A stretch of 62,966 nucleotides of DNA, counting the filler, from Octopus bimaculoides (lineage: Eukaryota), in the NCBI RefSeq assembly GCF_001194135.2. It is 5 parts of 5 records of this genome, joined end to end, with 100 filler letters (N's around TTAATTAATTAA, not from the genome) between each part and the next. Parts side by side here need not be neighbours in the genome. Positions count along the whole stretch, not along the records: positions 1 to 11,293 come from NC_069010.1; positions 11,394 to 18,302 come from NC_069004.1; positions 18,403 to 35,664 come from NC_068997.1; 2 more parts are not named here. One strand, 5' to 3'. How positions within the stretch are numbered: position 1 is the stretch's first letter; every line of letters starts with the position of its first letter. The translations under genes were made by a program, and so were the position numbers. A model generated the notes under the pieces. That model did no database searches, was not told the DNA's origin, and saw nothing but the letters and a program-made list of their open reading frames with translations. Shown one piece after another: positions 9,259-20,717 of this stretch.

Positions 9259-10507
9259 TCAAAATTTAAACAATAATAAACCATAAAATAAAATTTTATT
9301 TTTTCAAAATGAAACAAAAGTGAAAGTAGGATGGAAAATAATGTTTATTCTTGTATACTTCCATTTTGTTTATATTTGAAAACTTTTCTCCTATTTTGTT
9401 TATTTGCAAAGTCTTTCATTAGATCCCCTCTGTGACACCGCGAATACTTTGATATTTCATTTCTGATCATATAAACCACATGGAATATTATTTTAGCAAG
9501 TTTAAAATGAATTTTTTGGTGCCATAAACCATTTACCATCCTTGTGGTTCCCGCTTCCCTTGATGCCTTAAACTCGTGCTTATTTTGCTTAATGGTTAAT
9601 CCAACACTGATCTTCTCCAACTCAACCCCTTCATCCTCCCTCAAGCTGCCTCTGTCTTACTAATCCCTTGACACTGCCTTTCCCTTTACCCTTCCCCTTT
9701 CATATCCCACTTCCATTTTCTGTTCCTTTCATGCATCACTTCACCCCCACCCATGTATAACATCAACACCCCTACCTCCTCAACTCTCCCCTCTGTCTTA
9801 TCACTTTCTAACTCTGTCCCTTAACTAAATCCCTGATCCTACTTTTCCTTTCCTTCCTGTTACCCACTTCCCTGACAATGCCCCCTAAAATTTCACAACA
9901 ATAAGCCTTTTCTAATCTATTTCTTGTTTCAGTCATTGAACCAGGGCCACCTTGAAGAGTTTTAGTCAAACAAGTCAACCCCAGTACTTGTTTCTTTTAA
10001 GATCTGCTCCTTATTCTGTTGGTCTCTTTTACTGAACTGCTATGTTACAGAGACTTAAACAAACCAATACCAGTTGTCAAGTTATATACAGACACAAACA
10101 CACATATATATCCCACAGTAAACACATAAATGCGAAACAAGGTGGAAAAAAGAGTACTCAAAAACCAGAGGTAGAGTAATATGCTTTATTAAAAAGCAGC
10201 AGAAATATCACAAAAATATACTCACACATATCGTCATCATCATCTCTTAAGATCTGTTTTCCATGCTGGCATCGGTTGGACAGTTTGATAGGGGGCTCCA
10301 TTTGTCTGTTTTGGCATGATTTCTATGGCTGGATGCCCTTCCTAATACCGTAGTAAGTTCAATTAACAGGCATTGCAAGATGACTAGTATTATTTTGAGA
10401 GCAAGTTTTATGCCAGAGTATTTTTGCTCCCAGAAGAGCAGCATTCCCCACAGCTTTGACAAAACTAATGGAAGCATACATATGTACATTCATACATGCA
10501 TACATCT

Positions 10508-10815
10508 ATGATGATGGCCATCCACTCGTGATCGAGGAAGACCATTGCTGACCTTCAGCAACATTCTGCGCTCTAGTACTAACTTACATTTTGCGTTTAC
10601 AGCTCCGTTGGTGGTTAATGAGCCCTGCTCTTGATAAGCATACACGACTGCAAACATTGCAGACCAAGCTTTCCCCATTCACTATACGAGCCGTGCACTT
10701 TCGCGCAGCTCGCTTAAGTTCTTCATGCTGGATACGTGCTCTCTCAAAAGTGTTGATCCCCTCCTTAACCGGCTTCCTCCATCTGTGATGATGACAGGCA
10801 TTGTTCTCCCAGTCA
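10508..10815 (-). mobile_element. RTE-BovB-like LINE 3' end with C2H2-like finger
   Basis: WENNACHHHRWRKPVKEGINTFERARIQHEELKRAARK...LVCNVCSRVCLSRAGLINHQRSC*, then a short 3' UTR ending ATGGCCATCATCAT. This fits the RTE-BovB C-terminus. Confidence 0.82.
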
Positions 10816-10939
10816 GTGTCCTTACATCTATACATACATATATACAGAATTATTTATGTACATGCGTACATACGTACAACATACATAAATATATCTTTAC
10901 CTCTCTCTCTCTCTCTCTCTCTCTTATGTCTCTTTACAG

Positions 10940-11025
10940 TTTTCAGACAGAAGCTGGCTAAAATATATGATGCCTGTATCTTGGCCAAAAAATGTAAAGA
11001 CAACTGCAGCCATTCTGCTAAATGG
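10940..11025 (+). CDS. PORCN: Porcupine internal exon D (zinc-binding loop)
   Basis: Acceptor tctttacag|TT and donor TGG|gtgagt. Encodes (V)FRQKLAKIYDACILAKKCKDNCSHSAKW, versus human [29 protein letters not shown]. 86 nt. Confidence 0.93.
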
Positions 11026-11293
11026 GTGAGTATCTACCGGGCTTTTGGTGAACTGATGGAAAAGGTGTTGCTATTTCTACTCTGGTTCCTGCCAGTGGTG
11101 TTCGTTTTTACAAATGAGTTCCTTAGTAGGGACACAGCCCTAAGTTATGTGGTCATCAACACTGTATTGTGCTTACAACCCACCATTGCTTGACAACCAA
11201 AGACACACACACATATATGTATGAATGTATAGGAAAGGCTTCCACATAGTTTCCATCAACCAAGTCCATTCACAGGGAATTGGCCAACCTGGG

Positions 11294-11393
11294 NNNNNNN
11301 NNNNNNNNNNNNNNNNNNNNNNNNNNNNNNNNNNNNNTTAATTAATTAANNNNNNNNNNNNNNNNNNNNNNNNNNNNNNNNNNNNNNNNNNNN
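11294..11393. other. Artificial scaffold spacer N44-TTAATTAATTAA-N44
   Basis: Exactly 100 bp. The 12-mer has stop codons in all six frames. Four identical structures occur in the window. Confidence 0.97.
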
Positions 11394-11510
11394 CACTAAA
11401 TTAATTAGATCTTTTTTCTTTATCAATTGCCGCCAGAGGTCTTATGTAGCTGCGTCTTTCATTCGGGTCCTAATCACATAGGAACCGCATCCACTTCTCA
11501 CTCGACACCC

Positions 11511-11558
<48 letters not shown>

Positions 11559-11923
11559 TCTCCTTTTCTCTTTCAATCTCCCTGTCTCTCACGCACGCAC
11601 ATGCTCTGACTTACAGACTATATGTATGTAGTCGCAGACATGCATACATACATCTACTGATACACACGCAACACACGTACAAATGCACATGTTGGCCTAT
11701 AGAGTGCATGTATACACACGCACATATACGTATTACGTATATACATATATATATATACACACACATATATATATANNNNNNNNNNNNNNNNNNNNNNNNN
11801 NNNNNNNNNNNNNNNNNNNNNNNNNNNNNNNNNNNNNNNNNNNNATAAATAATTCTTGAATAAACTGATATCTGCATGTCAATTTCTCCATTTTCTTCCT
11901 TATCTCATTCATAAATATTTTAA

Positions 11924-11962
<39 letters not shown>

Positions 11963-12149
11963 GTAAAACTAATATATTTAGTTTTCCTTGAACACTGATA
12001 TAAACCGTAGAATTAGGATCCTAGCATCCCTTAAAGGATTACAGGTCCTTGACACAATTCTATATACGCTTATATATATGCGTATAAATATATAGACATA
12101 CATATGTATTTACATATATACGTACGTAAATTTCACTTACTGTATATGT

Positions 12150-12192
<43 letters not shown>

Positions 12193-12313
12193 NNNNNNNN
12201 NNAACTTGTACAGGTATAATCATACATGTCTCTACGTGTCACATTGTAAATTGCAGCTTTCCGCTAGTATACGTTTGTCTTTTACGGCTGCTGAAGTGGA
12301 CTAAGGCGTTATA

Positions 12314-12655
12314 ATGGAGGCAGTTGATTGCAGATCAGTGATCAGGTTCTTATACTTGAAAGGTCGTACACCAAAAGAGACTTTCGATGAGATGAAAGAA
12401 GTTTATAGTGATGATGCACCATCATATGATGTAGTCAAGTACTGGCATTGCCTGTTCAAATGTGGTCGGGCATCGGTGGAAACTGCTCCTATTCCTGGAC
12501 GACCGCATTCCACCATTGATGACAGCACCGCCCATAAAGTGGAAGCTGTCATTTTGGAGGATCACCGCATAACTCTTCAGCAACTAGCCCAAGAAGTGAA
12601 GCTAAGTGTAGGGTCAGTGGAAAAGAAAATTATTCACGACCATTTGCATATCCGA
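12314..12655 (+). mobile_element. Mariner transposase N-terminal (HTH) relic
   Basis: MEAVDCRSVIRFLYLKGRTPKETFDEMKEVYSDDAPSYDVVKYWHCLFKCGRASVETAPIPGRP...ILEDHRITLQQLAQEVKLSVGSV; truncated before the DDD domain. Confidence 0.88.
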
Positions 12656-12861
12656 GTCCGTATGATTGTGTATATATGATAAATGCCTACCAGTGCGCTC
12701 ATAAAAGCTCCTATGTTGTTTGCTATTGGCTACCGTATGTTATTCCCAACCGTATGGGATTGTTACGTATGCGGTACTCCGAGTAGCGTAAGATATATAT
12801 ATATATATATATATTTAATGACGAAAAATATTTCACGGATAGAGATTTTCATATTCTTATT

Positions 12862-13520
12862 AATGCGTTGCTACATATGTTTCGGCATGACACGTATTTT
12901 TATGGGACTACCTCACCACATCCATAGGATATTATTAAATATTATTTATAATATTCATAGATCCTAGAGGGGTTACATTAATTCGACATACTTACTTCCT
13001 TAGGCAAGTTTGTTGTTTAGGCTCCAGGATATTAATCGTTCTACACCAATCAAAGAGTCCTGCTGGATTAATGGGCGGTGCTTGAGTGCTTGAGAATTCC
13101 TGCAAACTACTAAATAGATGGATATATATATATCGATAGAATGTAGGAACTTCGAAAGGATACTTGTGTTCGTTGTTTACGTATTAACGTAAGTGGACAT
13201 GAAGAGGAAGTGAGGAAAGAGAAGGAAAAGGAAAGAAAAGAGGGGAGATAAAATTGTGAGTTGTATTCAGTTAAGTGTGCGCAGACATGAAGACAGGAAA
13301 TTAAAAAAAAGAAAACGGAAGAACACAGGTAGAGAAAAAGAAAAACAGAAAAAGATAGTGTATTAACGATGAACCACATTTAGTTAACAGAGGATTTGAA
13401 CTCCACCCCACAGGGTCCATAGATTTTATAAATAATATTTAATAATGTCCTATGGATGTGATGTGATGAGGTAGTCTCATAAAAATACATGTCATGCCGA
13501 AACATATGTAGCAATGCATT
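12862..13520. repeat. Inverted pair of about 110-bp repeats (12862-12972 and 13408-13520)
   Basis: TTGCTACATATGTTTCGGCATGACA...TATTAAATATTATTTATAA is present in opposite orientations about 435 bp apart. Confidence 0.85.
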
Positions 13521-13888
13521 TATGTAAGTTTTGCTTTATATATGTATTCTCATTCATATAGTTACATATCTAGACATGCTCATATATATTTAAATGATAA
13601 ACTTCTGGAAAGTTTTACAGATTTTTACAGTTCCAGTGATAGATTGGATCTGTAGTCTTCGAATTAGCTTTCTCCCTTCTGGTTTTGAGAAGCCTAATTT
13701 CTCAAGATTGGTATTTAGACAGTGTGCGTATGTATGTATGTATGTATGTATGTATGTATGTATGTATGTATGTATGTATGTGTGTGTGCATGCATGTTTG
13801 TAGGTGCCTATATCTCTCCCCCTCTCTTTCTCCCCCTCCCCCTCTCTCTGTCTGTCTGTCTCTGTCTGTCTGTCTCTATCTGTCTGTC

Positions 13889-13922
<34 letters not shown>

Positions 13923-13923
13923 A

Positions 13924-13960
<37 letters not shown>

Positions 13961-14862
13961 CATATATGCATTTGCGTGCGTGTTGGAGAGTGAGAGAGAG
14001 AGAGAGTAAGAGTCAGTGACAGAGAGAGAGAGAGAGAGTCAGGGAGAGAGAGTGAGAGTCAAAGAGAGAGGGAAAGAGAGAGAAACACATGCACTCATAA
14101 AGAGGCAGAGACAGAAAGAAAGAAAGAAAGAAATAAATAAATAAAGAGAGAAAGAAAGAGCTATCCCATTTTGTGTATAAAAAAACGCCACCATCATTTT
14201 CACTCTGTTTAAATTGCGTTTGTCTTGTCGTTCGCTGTTAAACTTTCTCCATTGTTTTCAGAGCAAAACAAAATTTAAAAAGCAACACACACACACACCA
14301 ACCACCCAGCTCCGAAATCTTCCTGTAAAATCAGATTTCATTCCTTAAAATAAAATCTAACACTCCCCAGAGCCTAATTTCAACGGTTTATTTAATATTT
14401 GTGTGATTAATTAATTATTTATGCTTCGTTAAATGCTTTATGGTGGGTGATAACTTCCAATGATATTTCTGTGAAAACAGTTCATGTCCGATTGTGAAAT
14501 GGAAATTTAAAAAGAAAACAAAAAAAAAATTTTTTTTTTTGCCATCGGCAAAGTTGGTCTCCGGAACGCAGGGGAATCATGAGATTGCAAATAGCTAAAT
14601 ATTTGTAATAATAATGATAATAATAATGATGTTGATGATGATGATGATGATGAAGATGATGATGATGGTGGTGGTGGTGGTGGTGGTGGTGGTGGTGGTA
14701 GTGATGATGATGATGATGATGACGACGACGACAATGATGATGATGATCATCATCATTTCAAATTTTGGCACAAGGCCAGCAATTTCGGCGAAGAGGACAA
14801 GTCGATAACATCGACCCCCAATATTCAACTGGTACTTATTTTATCGACCCAGAAAAAAATGA

Positions 14863-14897
<35 letters not shown>

Positions 14898-15164
14898 TGA
14901 TGATGATGATGATAATAATAATTTTGAGATACTTGGCGACCTCCCAGTGGCTGGTGCTGCGTAAAAAGCATCCAGTCAACTGTTTTAAAAGTTATCTCTA
15001 TAGATCTTTTAAAACTGAATTCAGACAGTCAGCCTTTTAAATTACGATGTTTTGTAAACAAACAATCTACGTAAACAATGCGATCGAAGATATACGCACC
15101 AATTGTCAAGAATGTGTTCAATATGTAAATTAGTTTACCTAATTATGTTACACCATAAAACCTA

Positions 15165-15510
15165 ATGTGTTGGTGGATAGTCGATTGGATGATATTTAAC
15201 TTTTCAGTAATGCAGAGCTCACATTTGGCACCCCATCCCCTGTATTTTCTGGCTTTAGCAATAATGCTCCGCGTTATCTGGGGGTTGCTTACTCCTCCTT
15301 CTTTCAACGTCTATATCATATTGGATAGGGACGTTGCACGTCTTTTGTTTTTGACCCTGAATGACGTTGGTGTTGTGTGCATCTATCTTTGAACGAGTTG
15401 CCCGTCATTCCGATATACATCTTTGTTACTTCGTTGAGATTCATGATTTTGACTTTGTATATAAGTTCTTTTTCCAGACAGTTATTATTTAAAGATCTAC
15501 AGTGTCTTTC
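15165..15510 (-). mobile_element. Penelope-like element GIY-YIG endonuclease relic
   Basis: CRSLNNNCLEKELIYKVKIM...KMYIGMTGNSFKDR, then SIIAKARKYRGWGAKCELCITEKLNII after a frameshift. Matches the PLE C-x-L-x-G-x-C...IYK...YIGxT..FKxR...CxLCxxEK pattern. Confidence 0.78.
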
Positions 15511-15958
15511 GTAGGTATTCCTGGTAGGTTTAGTTTTATAGCTATCCAGTGCCAATATGGATCGCAGGCTCAGGAATATGGGAGTGCCATGATCTGAAGC
15601 GTAAGCGAAAGATCTCCAAAATATTCAATGCTATTCCCTGCATATCTGGTTTTATATCAGAACGACCTTCTCTTAGAGACATGATTTAACAAAAGCTGAA
15701 AGGTGCCTCACTCCCAGTAGTCTTCCAATAAACTGGACACCAACCCGGAGTTTCTGAGTGCCCATGCACTAGGTTCATCCATCCCGTTGACAAGACTTGT
15801 TTTTAGTCCTGCTGGGTTTTTAGCAATCGTTCTCACCAGGCAAACTTAGTGCAGGTTCCAGTTAAGTCGCCGACGACCCGACCATGCAATAGGTTGTACT
15901 GGATTCCATGTTACCAGTAGCACCTATGAGAGACCTTATACACCTGTCTGTCTGTCTC

Positions 15959-16005
<47 letters not shown>

Positions 16006-16443
16006 NNNNNNNNNNNNNNNNNNNNNNNNNNNNNNNNNNNNNNNNNNNNNNNNNNNNNNNNNNNNNNNNNNNNNNNNNNNNNNNNNNNNNNNNNNNNNNN
16101 NNNNNNNNNNNNNNNNNNNNNNNNNNNNNNNNNNNNNNNNNNNNNNNNNNNNNNNNNNNNNNNNNNNNNNNNNNNNNNNNNNNNNNNNNNNNNNNNNNNN
16201 NNNNNNNNNNNNNNNNNNNNNNNNNNNNNNNNNNNNNNNNNNNNNNNNNNNNNNNNNNNNNNNNNNNNNNNNNNNNNNNNNNNNNNNNNNNNNNNNNNNN
16301 NNNNNNNNNNNNNNNNNNNNGTTCAAAATTGTACAAAAAAGCATAAAAATCCCACAAAAAAAAAGAAAAGAAACAGAAGACAAGAGACAAGTGCGGAACA
16401 ACAAAGGTGTATTAGTTTGACGCTCAGGAAAAATGGAAGAGGT

Positions 16444-16482
16444 TTTTGACGTTTCGAGCCGACGCTCTTTTACATAAAGGAA
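16444..16482 (-). ncRNA. Decayed minimal type I hammerhead ribozyme motif
   Basis: The minus strand reads CCTTT-ATGTAAA-A-GAGC-GTCG-GCTC-GAAACGTC-AAAA. Stem II is perfect and GAAACGUC is intact, but the CUGANGA box has 3 substitutions. Confidence 0.4.
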
Positions 16483-16557
16483 TGGGGAAAGAAAACAAAG
16501 CTTTGTGAGTGGATTTGGTAGACGGAAACTGGAAGAAGCCCGTCTTATATATATGTT

Positions 16558-16605
<48 letters not shown>

Positions 16606-16899
16606 TTCCCACCGCAATCGCTTTACAACAGATGTTGGTGTGTTTACGCCCCTGTAACTTAGCGTATCTGTATATGCTTGTAATAGCTTTCATAAAAACA
16701 TATGCATCATATCTATCTATTTAGCTAAACACACACACACACACATACACACCTCATTTATATATGTATATGTACATATATTATAATACACACACACATA
16801 TTTATTTATTTATTTATGTGTTTCAGCCAAGTGGCTGCGGTCATGCTGGTGCACCACCGTGATTTTCACGTTCCTTGCATGGCTCTTCTCCCCCACCTG

Positions 16900-17865
16900 A
16901 CATGGTCCAATCAAGAGTTTTGATGGCACATCTGGTGTATAAGAGAATTTGACACAGCTGCCCTAAACTGCGTCTCATTACGAGCCATTGGTTCGTCTGG
17001 TATCGTGGAGAGGAAAGCGTCAAGTTTTGTCTTGAAGACCTCCGCATCCATGTCTTGCATGTCTCTCAAATGTTTTGGCAGGGCATTGAAGAGCTGAGGT
17101 CCTCTGNNNNNNNNNNNNNNNNNNNNNNNNNNNNNNNNNNNNNNNNNNNNNNNNNNNNNNNNNNNNNNNNNNNNNNNNNNNNNNNNNNNNNNNNNNNNNN
17201 NNNNNNNNNNNNNNNNNNNNNNNNNNNNNNNNNNNNNNNNNNNNNNNNNNNNNNNNNNNNNNNNNNNNNNNNNNNNNNNNNNNNNNNNNNNNNNNNNNNN
17301 NNNNNNNNNNNNNNNNNNNNNNNNNNNNNNNNNNNNNNNNNNNNNNNNNNNNNNNNNNNNNNNNNNNNNNNNNNNNNNNNNNNNNNNNNNNNNNNNNNNN
17401 NNNNNNNNNNNNNNNNNNNNNNNNNNNNNNNNNNNNNNNNNNNNNNNNNNNNNNNNNNNNNNNNNNNNNNNNNNNNNNNNNNNNNNNATATTATTTTGCT
17501 CTGCCCACTCATATATTGCATTTAGGTCATTCTGCAGGCTTACAATATCATCAGGATTCTTTATTGCCTGAGATATCTTTGTGTCATCAGCATAGCTTGT
17601 GACAGTGGCTCTCCGAGTGACCGTGGGCATGTCCAGAAGGGCCACTATGAACAGTAGTGGTCCCAGAACAGTTCCTTGTGGAACACCGCTCAATATTTGT
17701 GTTTCCCTAGATAGTTCTCCATTGGCTGCAACTGTCTGACTTCTACCATTCAGGAAGTCATGCAGCCACTCTCCTAATTTACCAGCTATGCCAAGGTTTC
17801 GCAGCTTGTGACACATCAAGCCATGATCAACTTTGTCAAAGGCTTTTGCAAAGTCGAGATATGTA
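16900..17865 (-). mobile_element. CR1/L2-like (Jockey group) LINE, 3' half of ORF2 reverse transcriptase
   Basis: YLDFAKAFDKVDH...SGVPQGTVLGPLLF...YADDTK...LQNDLN...RGPQLFNALP...FKTKLDAFLSTIPDEP. Stop-free in the sequenced parts; gap at 17107-17487. Confidence 0.93.
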
Positions 17866-18302
17866 CACATAAATACAGTATTTATTTTTTGTATGTATAT
17901 ACACACATACATACATACATACCTATGTATTTATATAATATGCATTCACAGACACACTCAGACATATATACACATATATACGTTATTTATATAGTGTATG
18001 TATATACACACATATATATAATAAACACACACACGCACAGACACTTGTATATATAACCTGAAGATCTGTCAGATAAGAAAATATAATAATGACAGGAGGG
18101 AACGAAAAATGAGGAAAAAGGAAAAAAATGGAAGAATAAAAAAGAAAGAAGAGAAAATATATATATCGATTAATAATGTCGTATTTATTGTTGTTATCGG
18201 AAATGCAATGCATGATGGGAATTGAAATTGGTCAAGAATTCTAGGAGATTCCATATCGATCTCATATATCAATTACTTTTAAGAAAATGATTTTTTGATA
18301 AT

Positions 18303-18402
18303 NNNNNNNNNNNNNNNNNNNNNNNNNNNNNNNNNNNNNNNNNNNNTTAATTAATTAANNNNNNNNNNNNNNNNNNNNNNNNNNNNNNNNNNNNNNNNNN
18401 NN
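18303..18402. other. Artificial scaffold spacer N44-TTAATTAATTAA-N44
   Basis: Same 100-bp structure as at 11294. Confidence 0.97.
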
Positions 18403-18729
18403 TTTTTTTTTTTTTTTTACTCGTTTATTACTGTTATTCTATTATTTTCACGCTTGTCCATTATCCGGAAATGGAGTAAGTGGAGCAAGAGGAAACGAAA
18501 AGTGTCGCTGAAGAGGTCACAGATGTTTGACGAAAGATTTCAATATATATCTATTCTTCACATATTGGTCAAGCACAACAACAACAACCCCAGCAGCCTG
18601 AAAATCATGAGCTGCAGCAACAACAACAACAGAACCGCTCCTAAATTCCAGCATAATAGCTGATTTACTGAACAACAGTATCTCTCAACCTCTCTCTCAC
18701 TCACTTTTAGCAATCACTCATTACCATCC

Positions 18730-20400
18730 TATGCTATTACCTCAGTGCACCAACTCCCCACTGTCACTAACACAAAATCAGAAAGAAAAAAAAAGGCCCC
18801 TGCATCAGTCGAAACCCGCCACTACGCTAGCCTTTACATTTCTACTCAATGCACAAGGTGTCAGTCCCTCCATCAATGCACAAAAATGGAAGATCCACTT
18901 CATTGAGGATTGGGTTGGTAAGCATTCACACCACATCCCTTTCTTCATTCTTACCGAGACCCACCTTGACAACTCGCACTTGGAAGCTGAAGTGAGAGTG
19001 AGGAACTTCACAACCATCCACGCGGATAGAGTCGACAGAAAGGCAGGGTGGAACTGCCATTTTCCTGCATGATTCCTTTTCGGCAGATGGAAATATGACA
19101 TTCTCCAATGGCTACTGTGAATCGGTCAGCGTGCACAACAAAACCAATGACCTGATTGTAGTTCTGCGCTTTAAAGAATGCCTCCACAGCATTAAGTGCT
19201 TTATTCAATAGTGCCATTCTAATAACATAATTATGATGGAAGATTTTAATCTATCCTCTGTTGATTGGTCTACAAACAATTTGAAATCAGGCACTCCCAC
19301 CTCAACTGCTGACAAAGATATCAGAACATTTTAGACCTCTCTCCAGCCGACCTATTTGATAACATGGATTTCTATTGTGCCGACTGAGACGCAATCATGA
19401 ATGAGCTATCACTTGTTGACTGGTCTTTTACACGTGCACACATCTCCTCCAGCTTCAAAATAACTTGGCAGATCTTTGTCGACACTGTCACAAATATATG
19501 TGCTAAACACACCCTACCAAGACCAGTGAAGTAAACTAAGTGCAGAATCCCCCAAAACAGGAAAACTATTATCAGAAAAATAAAAAGAACAAACAAAAAA
19601 ATTAACAAACTAAAATGCTGTCAACAGGCTATCGCCCTGCTTGAATAAGAAATATAACCTTCAACTAATACATGAAGTCCATCACCAATAACCAAAGAAC
19701 AGCTGAGGAGAAATGGGCCGTTGAGAAAATCAAAATCAACCCTAAAGTATTCGTCTCTTTTGCGGAAAAAACACAAGGTTACCGTCTCCACTGTTGGCCC
19801 TCTAATTGATGAGAATGGCACTCTCCAAGATAATACCAAAGCCATGAGTGAGATACTGCAGAAACAATACTGTTCTGTGTTCAGCAATCCTGATATGGCT
19901 GATCAGTGATGTTAATCCTCAACACGCTATATCGGACATAACGTTTGGCGCTCCCGATGTCTTAGCGGCAATAAATGAAATTAAACACAATTCAACAGTA
20001 GGCCCTAATAGGTTCCCTGCTTGTGCCCTGAAGGTGTGTCGACACCATCTTGCATCTTCTCTTGATAAACTGTGGAGGAATTCACTGGATGCTGGCTATA
20101 TTCCTGAGAACTTTCTGTCCCACTATGTTGTCTCGGTGTCCCAAAAGGGTAACAAGACCCCTGCAGTGAACTACCGTCCGATCTCACTAACCTCTCATAA
20201 TCATCAAGGTATTTGAAACGGGTGGTGAGATCACGGATGATAACCCACTTACTTGAAAGCAACAGACTGCTGAACCCCAACCAACATGGGTTCCGTAATG
20301 GAAGGAACTGCCTAGCACTGCTCCTGCATCACTTTGCTATTTTGAGAGCTTTGGGAGAGGGTTCCAACACCGATGCCATCTGCCTTGATTTCAGCGAGAC
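18730..20400 (+). mobile_element. CR1/L2-like LINE, 5' half of ORF2 (APE endonuclease to start of RT), degenerate
   Basis: IPFFILTETHLD...IHADRVDRKAG (APE); VGPNRFPA...KGNKTPAVNYRPISLTSH; NPNQHGFRNGRNC...AICLDFSE. Many frameshifts and stops. Confidence 0.88.
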
Positions 20401-20622
20401 GATCATTGAATGACAGCCAGTAGATCTGACTTAAGGCATGCCCGGTCGTGAAAACTTTTTTTTTTCCCACGAGAGTTCCGGACCCCAGTAATGAACTCAT
20501 TGTTCCAAAATGGTAAATCACTGTTAGTATTGCAATATTCATGGAAAAGCCAATCTTCCAAAAAATAGACATCAAATTATTCCAAAACACAACCATTAAG
20601 ATTGTATTTTAGCGCGCGCGCG

Positions 20623-20717
<95 letters not shown>

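Noticed and set aside
14400-14420. Fifth TTAATTAATTA linker
   Set aside because: It is not flanked by N runs and is not the full 12-mer; it is natural AT-rich sequence.
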